A stretch of DNA of 64,000 nt from Gammaproteobacteria bacterium (GTDB lineage: Bacteria; Pseudomonadota; Gammaproteobacteria; QZLD01), in the NCBI GenBank assembly GCA_033852155.1, contig JAWSVA010000010.1, positions 65,412 through 129,411 of the forward strand, in the 5' to 3' direction. The notes under the pieces are model-generated. The model was not told the origin of the DNA, did no database searches, and saw only the letters and a program-made list of their open reading frames with translations. The position numbers and the translations under genes are program-made. Position 1 is the first letter of the stretch, and every line of letters starts with the position of its first letter. Below are positions 33,278 through 42,215 of this stretch, one piece after another.

Positions 33278-35995
33278 ATGGACATTAAATCATTATTAAA
33301 ACGTGCGAAAATCATCGTACCAATATTTTTACTTCTAGTTTCGGCAGTTACTCCAGCTTTAGCAGAGAGTGTTGAACCTACACAAAATACAATCAACTTT
33401 AAACTCCTTGCTGAAAATGGAAGGATTGGCGGCAATCGATTTATAGTTAAATATCGCAACACTCAAACCCCAGGATTTGGCTCTTCAATTTTATCTCAGT
33501 ATAAACTTGATAGTTTTACCCCTCTATTTACAGCAGCAAATAAACTTAACCTAAATTTAAATGTTCATGACTTTGCTAAATGGCACCTGGTTAAATTTAA
33601 AGCCGGACAAAATATTCAGCAAGCATACGAACAGCTAAAAAATGATTCTAATGTAGAATCTATCACTCCTGATTGGATTGTAAGCACAAAAGCTGCTCCT
33701 AATGATCTTGATGAACAGTTATGGGGTTTAGAAAACACTGGGCAACTTGCTCAAAAGTGGAGATATATCGAAGATTCAAATAACCCAGGTAGACTTATTG
33801 CAGATAAATATTTTGAAGCCGGAACTCCTGGTTCAGATATCAATGCAACAGCTGCATGGGATTTAAACACCGATTCTAGCGATGTAATCGTCGCTGTAAT
33901 CGACTCAGGTATTGATTATAACCACGAAGATCTACGCAACAATATGTGGACTAATACTGGAGAAATTGCTGATAACGGTATCGACGATGATGGTAACGGT
34001 TTTATTGATGATATTTATGGTTATAACTTCGTTAGTGGCAACGGAAATCCGATGGATGATTTCTATCACGGTACTCATTGTGCAGGTACCATTGCAGCAG
34101 AAGGTAATAACGGCATCGGCATTACCGGTGTTAGCTGGAACGCTAAATTGATGGCGGTTAAAGTTCTAGATCAATCTGGCATGGGCTATATATCTGACAT
34201 CGCCGCCGGCATCATCTACGCAACCAATATGGGTGCAAAGGTTTCAAATAATAGTTACGGAGCCATTTTCGAACAGGAACTTTTTGGTAGAGCTGTATAC
34301 GGCCCGGTTGCAGATGCTTTTAAAGCAGCAAACGATGCTGGCATGGTTGCTGTAGTATCTGCAGGAAATTCAAATGCAGACTTGGATGATATTACTGATA
34401 CAGATGAAGAGCTAACTGCTGTTTTCCCAGTTAGTGTTGAGGCTCAAAATATTATTTCTGTTGCAGCAACTGATGCAGACGATGCTTTGGCACCATTTAG
34501 TAACTACGGCTTTACTGATGTTGATATCGCAGCTCCTGGCGTTGGAATCTACAGCACTATTCCAAACAATGGATACAAACTTGCAAGCGGCACATCAATG
34601 GCAGGCCCTCATGTTGCTGGTGCTGCCGCACTACTTCTAGCGCAAAACCCTGACCTTAAACCATATGAAGTAAGAGCAATCCTGATGCAGACAGGTGATT
34701 CAGTTGATAGCCTGCAAGACATCACTGTAAGTGGTAAAAGACTTAATGTTTATGCCGCTTTAACTCATTTTTCGGATGAAGTTTTATGTGACAATTTCAC
34801 AGCAACTCTTGCTGAACACGAATCAGCTGGGCGCGCTTACAGCTTGACTAAAACTACCAGCCAAACATGCTGGGGTACTTTCTGCTGGGGCGGAACTACA
34901 ACAACTACCTACTACGCAGAAGGTTCTGCTGAAGAGCTGGGTACAATCAGTACAACCGTTGCAACCCTTACAGAAACTAGTTCTGGCAACTTCTCTACAG
35001 CTGGAGCTTGCGCTGGTGGCAATGACCTTCCTCCAGTAATCACCCTTAACGGTGAAATGAACGACTATATTATTCTTGGCACTCAATACCAAAAACCTGG
35101 TGCTACAGCCACAGACAGTGAAGATGGCGACATCTCATCAAACATAACTATTGCTGGCAGTGTGAATGTAAATATTGTTGGCAACTACCCATTAACTTAT
35201 GAAGTAACTGATTCAGCTGGCAACAACGCCGTCAAAGTTACCCGCTTTGTTAATGTAAGAGAAACAGATGGTACACCTCAGGTTTATATTTCTCCTGTTG
35301 ATGAGAAAATAGCTGGTACCGAGCTTGTTTTCCATGAAAAAGGCACAAGCTGGAATGAGCCTGGATATTTTGCATGGGATCGAATCGATGGTGACCTAAC
35401 CTCACAAGCCACTGTTGATTCATTTGATACCAACATAGAAGGTTTCCACGTAATTACCTATAAAGCGACTGATTCAAAAGGTAATGCCGGAATTGCACAG
35501 CGTACTGTAGCTGTACTTGATGCGAACAAACCATTTATTATGTCTACTGATAATCCTTATGATGTTTCTACTTTTTCAAGTGATGACTTAGTTGAATATT
35601 CAAGAGCAGTTGAAGAGATAAACGAATATGGCAACTGCCCTAAATTCTCTATGTTTTCCATGCCTGTAGATTTAGAAGATAAAACAAGTCTTAGCGTCAC
35701 AAGCTCTGGTGAGGTTAATCTCTGTGAAGCTGGCATCTACGACATCAACCTTAACGTTACTGATAACGATGGCTACACGGACACTCAAATCGTTCGCGTT
35801 ACTGTATCAGATGGTTCATCAAACTGTGTAACAGCTCAAAATACAGACCACGTTACAACTGGCCGCGCTGAATTAAAATATAACGTTCTAGTTTATGCAA
35901 ACGGTTCACAGAACTACCTTGGCATGTCTAGCGATACTTCGTCACTTGAGGAGACTTCAGATGGCACTTGGACAAAAGTTACAACATGTCCATAG
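33278..35995 (+). CDS. secreted subtilisin-like serine protease (peptidase S8) with C-terminal tandem Ig-like (DUF5011-like) domains
   Basis: Signal peptide (MDIKSLLKRAKIIVPIFLLLVSAVTPALA). S8 catalytic triad context (VIDSGIDYNHEDL, HGTHCAGTIAA, GTSMAGPHVAGAAALL). Two repeated ~90-aa Ig-like modules (PPVITLNGEMNDYIILGTQYQKPGATATDSEDGDIS... and GTELVFHEKGTSWNEPGYFAWDRIDGDLTS...). The ORF track starts 10 codons upstream at 33248. Confidence 0.85.
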   Translation: MDIKSLLKRAKIIVPIFLLLVSAVTPALAESVEPTQNTINFKLLAENGRIGGNRFIVKYRNTQTPGFGSSILSQYKLDSFTPLFTAANKLNLNLNVHDFAKWHLVKFKAGQNIQQAYEQLKNDSNVESITPDWIVSTKAAPNDLDEQLWGLENTGQLAQKWRYIEDSNNPGRLIADKYFEAGTPGSDINATAAWDLNTDSSDVIVAVIDSGIDYNHEDLRNNMWTNTGEIADNGIDDDGNGFIDDIYGYNFVSGNGNPMDDFYHGTHCAGTIAAEGNNGIGITGVSWNAKLMAVKVLDQSGMGYISDIAAGIIYATNMGAKVSNNSYGAIFEQELFGRAVYGPVADAFKAANDAGMVAVVSAGNSNADLDDITDTDEELTAVFPVSVEAQNIISVAATDADDALAPFSNYGFTDVDIAAPGVGIYSTIPNNGYKLASGTSMAGPHVAGAAALLLAQNPDLKPYEVRAILMQTGDSVDSLQDITVSGKRLNVYAALTHFSDEVLCDNFTATLAEHESAGRAYSLTKTTSQTCWGTFCWGGTTTTTYYAEGSAEELGTISTTVATLTETSSGNFSTAGACAGGNDLPPVITLNGEMNDYIILGTQYQKPGATATDSEDGDISSNITIAGSVNVNIVGNYPLTYEVTDSAGNNAVKVTRFVNVRETDGTPQVYISPVDEKIAGTELVFHEKGTSWNEPGYFAWDRIDGDLTSQATVDSFDTNIEGFHVITYKATDSKGNAGIAQRTVAVLDANKPFIMSTDNPYDVSTFSSDDLVEYSRAVEEINEYGNCPKFSMFSMPVDLEDKTSLSVTSSGEVNLCEAGIYDINLNVTDNDGYTDTQIVRVTVSDGSSNCVTAQNTDHVTTGRAELKYNVLVYANGSQNYLGMSSDTSSLEETSDGTWTKVTTCP

Positions 35996-36006
35996 CCAAC
36001 TGAACT

Positions 36007-36033
36007 GTGTGTGATTAATAATTAATCACACAC
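36007..36033. promoter_or_regulatory. 27-bp perfect palindrome GTGTGTGATTAAT-A-ATTAATCACACAC between convergent protease and kinase genes
   Basis: Perfect dyad with 13-bp arms, read directly from the sequence. Either a protein-binding site or a bidirectional terminator stem. Confidence 0.4.
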
Positions 36034-36042
36034 CGGAAGGCT

Positions 36043-36075
36043 GGGTGGAAGTCTTTGGCTTTCACCCATTTTTTA
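36043..36075 (+). terminator. rho-independent terminator of the S8 protease gene
   Basis: GGGTGgAAG-tctttgg-CTTTCACCC followed by a TTTTTT run. Confidence 0.6.
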
Positions 36076-36106
36076 TGCAAAAATTAAATATTTACAGATA
36101 TTTTAC

Positions 36107-39100
36107 TTATGGAGCTAATATATTTATATCACCAAGGAACATGGTGAACTCTGTTTCCATAAATGGTAATAAGGTTTCTATTTGTTCTGAGTTTCTTGAA
36201 TGTATAGCCTGCTCTAAATTGAAAGAGGCTTGCTGAAACTTATCTGCAGATATAGTGGCTGCAACACCTTTAAGGCTATGACAAAGTCTATGGGCTAATC
36301 CATAATCTTTCTTTTGAAGGTACTCTTTTAGCTTTTCAATACTATCGCCGTAATCATTTTTAAACAGATAACATATCTCAGTAAAAAGCCCCTCATTTCC
36401 AGCCAGCATATCTAGTGTATTATGCACATCAATTGACTGTAAGTTATTCGGGAAATTAGCACTATCAACCTTTTCCTCAATATCTGCTTCAACCAAAATA
36501 GGCTCTGGAACTATTTGAACTCTTCTATCCCATTTTAGAATAAGCTCATAAAGATCTTTAGATTTAACTGGTTTTGATATGTAATCATCCATTCCATTTG
36601 AGATACAGGATTCTCTATCACCTTGCATGGCATTGGCTGTCATAGCAATTATCACTAAGTCTTTAGTAGCAGGCATAGATCTTAATATCTGTGTAGCCTC
36701 TATCCCACCAATTTCTGGCATATGAATATCCATAAAGACGACGTCGTATCTATTTTGTAGCGTTTTTGCAATTGCTTGCTTGCCATCTTCTGCAATATCT
36801 ACAACCGCACCGACTCTTTCTAGCATCTCACGACCAACTTGCTGATTTATTCTATTATCATCGGTTAGAAGAATTCTTATGCCTCTAATCTTTTCAAGAA
36901 TTTCAACTTCGTCATATGCTTTTTCATCATTTACACTAGATTTATAAATTGGCTTAAAGTCATGATTTGGCAGTAAACTTTTACAAACTGAATTGACAAG
37001 ATCTGATATTTTTATCGGCTTGGTAATGATATTAGATATATCTTTAAGTTGATCTTTGGCAATAGAATTATCGTACCCAAAAACAGATAATAACATAATC
37101 TTTGAATCACAAGAGGATCGTAACTCAGCTAGCCTGCAAGAGAAATCTTGGTCTAGCATATCAGCATCAACAAGTATTAAATCATAACCATTTGCAGATG
37201 ATATTTGCTGTAACAGCGATGCGTAATTATCTGTACTATCAGTATAGATACCATGATTTTTTAACGTTTCTTTTAAATAACTAGCTTCATGCTTATTGGT
37301 AGCAGCTATAAGAATATTCTTTTGCAAGATTTGTTCTGAAATCAGGCTAAGACTGTTATATAACCCAATACTGTTTGAGTCAGAGACTTTCATCTCGGTG
37401 GTAAATGTAAACTTACTTCCCTTACCTACTTCACTAGTTGCACTTATATCTCCATTCATCAGTGCTACTAAATGTTTGCAGATACTTAAACCAAGTCCAG
37501 TACCACCAAATTTTCTTGTGGTAGAGCCATCAGCCTGAGTAAATGGGGTAAATAGTCTTGGCAATACCTCTGGCGCGATACCAATACCAGTATCTGAAAC
37601 CATAAACGAAAGGGTAACTAAACCATTTTCAATCTTGGCTATATCTACAGTTATCTGAATTTCACCTTCATCGGTAAATTTGATTGCATTATTTATAATA
37701 TTTATAAGAACCTGACTCAGACGCAAAGGGTCACCAATAACTTGCCCAGGGAGCTTAGAGCTTGGGTTGATAATCATACTGATGTTCTTATCAACTATTC
37801 TGGTAGAAAAGATATCGGATATATGATCAATAACTTCATATATATTGAACTCTGTCTCTTCAATATTTAGCTTACCAGCCTCGATTTTTGAGAAATCGAG
37901 GATGTCATTTATTATCCCCAGCAGAGTCTGTGAAGAAGTGTTAATTTTACCTAGATAATCACGCAATTTTGTGGACATATCACGCTGAAGGGCCAGCTCA
38001 GTAAGTCCAATAATAGCATTCATCGGGGTTCTGATTTCATGGCTCATATTAGCCAAGAATGAGCTTTTAGCATCTGCAGAAGCTTCAGCAGCCTGCATAG
38101 CAATCATTAGAGCTTCATTTTTCTTTCTTTCAGTATCAACCAATTTGTCCTGAGTAATTTTCAACTCAGACAGAGTATTTTCAATCTCATCTTTTTGCTC
38201 AGCAATAGTTGAGTATAGGCCTGCATTGACAATTGCTGTACCAATAAATGATGATAGAAGTTCAAGAAAATTAATATCTTCTCGAGAAAGGTTAACATAC
38301 GATTTAAAACCGCTTATTGAAATAACACCAATAGATTTACCATCTTTATTGATTGGTAAATGGATAATAGATTTCAACCCTTCCAACCGCTCCAACATCA
38401 CTCTATCGTTGTGGTTCATAGGTAGATTCATTACCTGTGGTACATCAGGAAAATATAAATTTTGATTATTTAGATAACACATAGAGTACGAGCCACCTTC
38501 ATAGCTAATATCGTATGGGTTATCCTCCGTAAATTCAGACCATAATCTAGCTTTTTCCTTATACTCTTCCCCTTTGGTATAGGAAGATACCCCGCGCAAC
38601 AGCCCACCCTTTTCAATCAATATCACAACCATATCAAATGGATAGCGGCTTAAAAACTCATCCGAAATCTTTTCGTATATTTTATCAACTGAATTTAGGT
38701 TATTTACTTCATTTACAAAATTAAGAAACTGCGCGCGTTCAGCGATACCGGTTTCTACAATCTGCTCTTTCTGCTTAAGCTCAGAGTATTTAATTGAATT
38801 ATCAATTGGGTCAAAGAACAGCGAAAGTTTTTTGCCTAAATAATCTATAGATTTCTTACTAATAGCCTCGGAACTATTGAATAACATAATAGCACCCAAT
38901 ACTGGGGCGTTATTATCTTCTATATTGGTTATAGGTATGCTAACCATGTTGTGCATTTTCCAGGCCTTAAACCTAGAGCGAGTTGATTCCGAGAATTTTT
39001 CAATATTATCAGCATTGATTGATACAACTCGTTTATTCTGTATTACTGGTGTGTTTTCATCTGTTGGCCCAAGAGAGTAATTAAAATGATGGAAGGTTTT

Positions 39101-39922
39101 CTCTATAGCTTTAAACTCACCAGGCAAACAAACCCTATTACAAGTAAGATACTTTTTAGCTTTATCTAACAGATTAATCGAATAACCATTTACACTTTCA
39201 AGCTTGCCAATCTCACCACCAAGAATCTCCATGATTTCATCTAGTTTGATTGTTCGGCTTATTCTATGAACTATATCAAGTGTTTCCAGCTGCTCTTGCT
39301 TTATATACTCCTGCTCAAATTTATTTTTTACAATCAGAAAATTTGGAGCCAAACTACCTATAAAAAGATAGATCTCTTCACAAATTTCTTTAGTAAGGTT
39401 TAATTGTTTATCAATAGCACCTAGATGTATTACAGCTATGGTCTTACCACCATCAATAATTGGGAGAATCAAATTTTCTTTAATATTAAGCAGCTCAAGA
39501 CTATTACGGTCAACTTCAGGAATATCACTCAGGGACTCAATTGCTTCAGAATTTGCATAAACCCATCTTTTTGATAGTGCGACTGATGCTGATACAGAAA
39601 GCTTCGGGTCCAAAGGTATATCTACAGATACCTTTTTTCGAATATCATCGCTAACTTCATCTTTGGTATAAAAAGTTAAGAACTTAAGGGCATTTTTCTC
39701 TTCATCAATGATTTGCCCAGCAGACATGTTGAATCCATATCTTTTGTGCAATGCATTGAGAATGACATTTAAAACTTCTTCTAAGGAATCAGAGTGTGCA
39801 ATTTCATGAATTAATGAAATTTCGTTTTGCAAAACATCAATATTACCAGGCCCATGGACCAAAGTTCCACTAAATTGATCTAAGCTTACTTCAGCAAATG
39901 ATTGTTTCTGATTATTTTGCAT
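36107..39922 (-). CDS. hybrid sensor histidine kinase: GAF repeats - HisKA - HATPase_c - pseudo-receiver - receiver - HPt
   Basis: 1271 aa with no obvious TM. HisKA H-box (MSHEIRTPMNAIIGL). ATPase G-boxes (DTGIGI, GGTGLGLSICKHLV). A receiver with phospho-Asp context (VVFMDIHMPEIGG) preceded by a degenerate REC-like module. C-terminal HPt (HRLCHSLKGVAATISA). Confidence 0.85.
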   Translation of the reverse strand: MQNNQKQSFAEVSLDQFSGTLVHGPGNIDVLQNEISLIHEIAHSDSLEEVLNVILNALHKRYGFNMSAGQIIDEEKNALKFLTFYTKDEVSDDIRKKVSVDIPLDPKLSVSASVALSKRWVYANSEAIESLSDIPEVDRNSLELLNIKENLILPIIDGGKTIAVIHLGAIDKQLNLTKEICEEIYLFIGSLAPNFLIVKNKFEQEYIKQEQLETLDIVHRISRTIKLDEIMEILGGEIGKLESVNGYSINLLDKAKKYLTCNRVCLPGEFKAIEKTFHHFNYSLGPTDENTPVIQNKRVVSINADNIEKFSESTRSRFKAWKMHNMVSIPITNIEDNNAPVLGAIMLFNSSEAISKKSIDYLGKKLSLFFDPIDNSIKYSELKQKEQIVETGIAERAQFLNFVNEVNNLNSVDKIYEKISDEFLSRYPFDMVVILIEKGGLLRGVSSYTKGEEYKEKARLWSEFTEDNPYDISYEGGSYSMCYLNNQNLYFPDVPQVMNLPMNHNDRVMLERLEGLKSIIHLPINKDGKSIGVISISGFKSYVNLSREDINFLELLSSFIGTAIVNAGLYSTIAEQKDEIENTLSELKITQDKLVDTERKKNEALMIAMQAAEASADAKSSFLANMSHEIRTPMNAIIGLTELALQRDMSTKLRDYLGKINTSSQTLLGIINDILDFSKIEAGKLNIEETEFNIYEVIDHISDIFSTRIVDKNISMIINPSSKLPGQVIGDPLRLSQVLINIINNAIKFTDEGEIQITVDIAKIENGLVTLSFMVSDTGIGIAPEVLPRLFTPFTQADGSTTRKFGGTGLGLSICKHLVALMNGDISATSEVGKGSKFTFTTEMKVSDSNSIGLYNSLSLISEQILQKNILIAATNKHEASYLKETLKNHGIYTDSTDNYASLLQQISSANGYDLILVDADMLDQDFSCRLAELRSSCDSKIMLLSVFGYDNSIAKDQLKDISNIITKPIKISDLVNSVCKSLLPNHDFKPIYKSSVNDEKAYDEVEILEKIRGIRILLTDDNRINQQVGREMLERVGAVVDIAEDGKQAIAKTLQNRYDVVFMDIHMPEIGGIEATQILRSMPATKDLVIIAMTANAMQGDRESCISNGMDDYISKPVKSKDLYELILKWDRRVQIVPEPILVEADIEEKVDSANFPNNLQSIDVHNTLDMLAGNEGLFTEICYLFKNDYGDSIEKLKEYLQKKDYGLAHRLCHSLKGVAATISADKFQQASFNLEQAIHSRNSEQIETLLPFMETEFTMFLGDINILAP

Positions 39923-40389
39923 TTATCTTATTATTATTCTATGTTCGTTTATTTTTAATCGTTTTTATTATTCTAGCAACAGCTACCTACAGATCTAGAT
40001 TAATTATAGATAGTTTAAGTATATAAATCTATTTTGATTGCTTGTTTTGTGAGTCTTATCAACAAAAATAAGTTCAGACTAATATGCATTGTTATTATCT
40101 ATCGGAATAATTTGCGATTTCTTTATCCTCTTTGAAAATCTTGGCTTTTCTTTTTCTCAAACTGTTTTACGAAATCTTTACTAGCTGCTTTTGCAGTATT
40201 CCCTTTTGCCGTTAATGTGCATTAACGGCACTTTAAAAGGTGTCCAGATTTACTGAACCACTACATTTTCTTTGCGTAGAGAGTGGCTTTCATGCGGCTC
40301 CTCTACAATGTTTGTTGTTTGTACTGTTCTGTTTCAGAACTCTTTTGTTTTAAATCGCCCATTTGATTTTCGTTATTTAAACCAATGGT

Positions 40390-40420
40390 GTCAGAGTCAA
40401 TTAATTATATCGACTCTGAC
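40390..40420. terminator. hairpin GTCAGAGTC-N13-GACTCTGAC downstream of the 40432..41112 gene
   Basis: Perfect 9-bp stem with a T-run on the plus side (ATCATTGATTTTT). Sits 12 nt beyond the stop of the minus-strand gene. Same CAGAGTCAAT core as the hairpin at 15674-15709. Confidence 0.4.
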
Positions 40421-40431
40421 ATCATTGATTT

Positions 40432-41112
40432 TTACAGTCCAAAATTCTTCTTTACACCTGAAGCTGTTTTACTAACATCTGCCAATGACGCGCCTAATTT
40501 CAGATCTGGATAACCCATAGTTTTCTCAAAGAAACGAGCCCTTTCTTCATTCTCAATATCAGTTGCAATTTCAATATTAGTTTTAATTGCTGCTTTGAAT
40601 TCATTTGCAAACTTTTGCTGTTCAACTGCTTCACCCTGAAAACTCGTGATTTTATTACCCCACTCACGTTCAAAACTAAAAAGCTGCTTTTTAAGTTTTG
40701 CCGCAGCCTCATGAAATATCCCTACTCCGCTCCGAACATCCATCCAGGTTCTCATAACATTCTGAAATGCAATAAGACCTGCTAACAAAGCGGTAATTTG
40801 AGTGGCAATTGTTGTTGATGCTGCATTGCCATTTAGTGTTGCCAACAGGAATACGGCAACGGGTAATAAAAGTAAAAGCAAAGCACTAACAAAAAAGAAA
40901 AAACGCCTTTTTGCAGTCTCTTTTGCTATCTTATTTTGATACCAAAAAATATTAAGATGCACTTGAGTAATCAGTTCAATAAGATCTTCATCAAACCTTT
41001 TATCATCAAGTCCGATGCCTAGATTATGTTTCATCACCGGAAGGTCAACCAAAGCTTCTGCTGGATTACGCCTTGATGATTTATTTGCCTTTTCGAAGCT
41101 ATATTGTTTCAT
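40432..41112 (-). CDS. hypothetical membrane protein with a central 2-TM hairpin
   Basis: 226 aa with two adjacent hydrophobic helices (FFFFVSALLLLLLPVAVFLLATL, TQITALLAGLIAFQNVM) flanked by charged helical regions. No recognised family. Confidence 0.4.
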   Translation of the reverse strand: MKQYSFEKANKSSRRNPAEALVDLPVMKHNLGIGLDDKRFDEDLIELITQVHLNIFWYQNKIAKETAKRRFFFFVSALLLLLLPVAVFLLATLNGNAASTTIATQITALLAGLIAFQNVMRTWMDVRSGVGIFHEAAAKLKKQLFSFEREWGNKITSFQGEAVEQQKFANEFKAAIKTNIEIATDIENEERARFFEKTMGYPDLKLGASLADVSKTASGVKKNFGL

Positions 41113-41145
41113 GGGGTTTTCCTAGTCAGAGTCGGTTAATCTTAG

Positions 41146-41430
41146 CTAAACAAACTTATCCAGAAGAGTAACTATAATATCTGCAAACTCTTCTGTATTT
41201 TCGACTATTTTGTTTACCTTGGTATTTTGGTCTTCAGCAGACTTAACAATTTTCATTAACTTTGTTAAACGCTGCAAATCTGCAGGCACCGGAAAAAACT
41301 CAGATATCTCTTCATCTGTCATTCTGGTAACAGAAGATACTTTTGCAGCAAGTTTTGCATCGGTTATGGTTACACTATCATCAATAGCATCATTTAAATC
41401 AGTTTCAAAATTATCCCAATCTATCGGCAT
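41146..41430 (-). CDS. small acidic hypothetical protein
   Basis: 94 aa, Asp/Glu-rich (MPIDWDNFETDLNDAIDDS...). The ORF is co-oriented and closely spaced with the neighbours on both sides. Confidence 0.35.
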   Translation of the reverse strand: MPIDWDNFETDLNDAIDDSVTITDAKLAAKVSSVTRMTDEEISEFFPVPADLQRLTKLMKIVKSAEDQNTKVNKIVENTEEFADIIVTLLDKFV

Positions 41431-41507
41431 GTCCTTTTCCCTTTTTATTTAATTCTTATCGCTTAGTCATTCCCGCGCAGACGTACTACTGTCTGGGACA
41501 TTAGAAA

Positions 41508-42170
41508 TTAAAGAGAGTTTTTAAGCTCCCTAATCTTCCCAACATACTCTTCAGCTATTGCAGACTTTTCATCAACTGTCTTAGCGCCATCCAGAAGCTT
41601 AGTTACAATCTCATCAGTTTTATCGATAACTTTTGAGATTTCCTCTTCAGTTACTCCAGCTTTCGCTAATAGTCGATCCCTATTTTCAGCAACTTTAGAC
41701 GCTGATAACAAGAACGATGTAACAGAGTTGTTAATCGCCTTGGCCTGCGCATATTCATTCTTGAGTGAATGCTCAATCTGCCTTTCAAGCTCATCAAGTG
41801 GTCTAATTAGCTCTAATCTTTTTTGATTTATGGTTTCTTGCAGGCTGGTGCCAACTTTCATAAGAAACTTGGTTCTTTGCTTGTTATCATTTTCGCGTAC
41901 TACTGTATTCCAAGCATTGGCTATCTGCGGTCTACGGAAGAACTCATTGGAAAATGTTGGTAGCCATTCATGCTCAATAAAGGTATCAATGTCTTTGCGC
42001 TTTTGTTCAAAGAATCTATTTAAAAGCCTTATATTAGCTTCTTCTAGGCTTTCAATACGTTTACCCAATTCTGATGAAAGAGTTGGGGCTTCAGATGGGA
42101 TGTTTGCGCAACCAGAGAAGCTAAATACAACTATTCCCAAAGCTACAAATCTAAATAATCCTTTTATCAT
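41508..42170 (-). CDS. coiled-coil lipoprotein, function unknown
   Basis: Signal peptide with lipobox (FRFVALGIVVFSFSGC) then a largely helical, heptad-rich sequence. Start placed at the MIKGL Met. Lies 12 nt downstream of the DUF4157 gene. Confidence 0.5.
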   Translation of the reverse strand: MIKGLFRFVALGIVVFSFSGCANIPSEAPTLSSELGKRIESLEEANIRLLNRFFEQKRKDIDTFIEHEWLPTFSNEFFRRPQIANAWNTVVRENDNKQRTKFLMKVGTSLQETINQKRLELIRPLDELERQIEHSLKNEYAQAKAINNSVTSFLLSASKVAENRDRLLAKAGVTEEEISKVIDKTDEIVTKLLDGAKTVDEKSAIAEEYVGKIRELKNSL

Positions 42171-42215
42171 TCTGTTTTCCTTTTTACTACTCACTAATAA
42201 CAATAACCAATTTAT

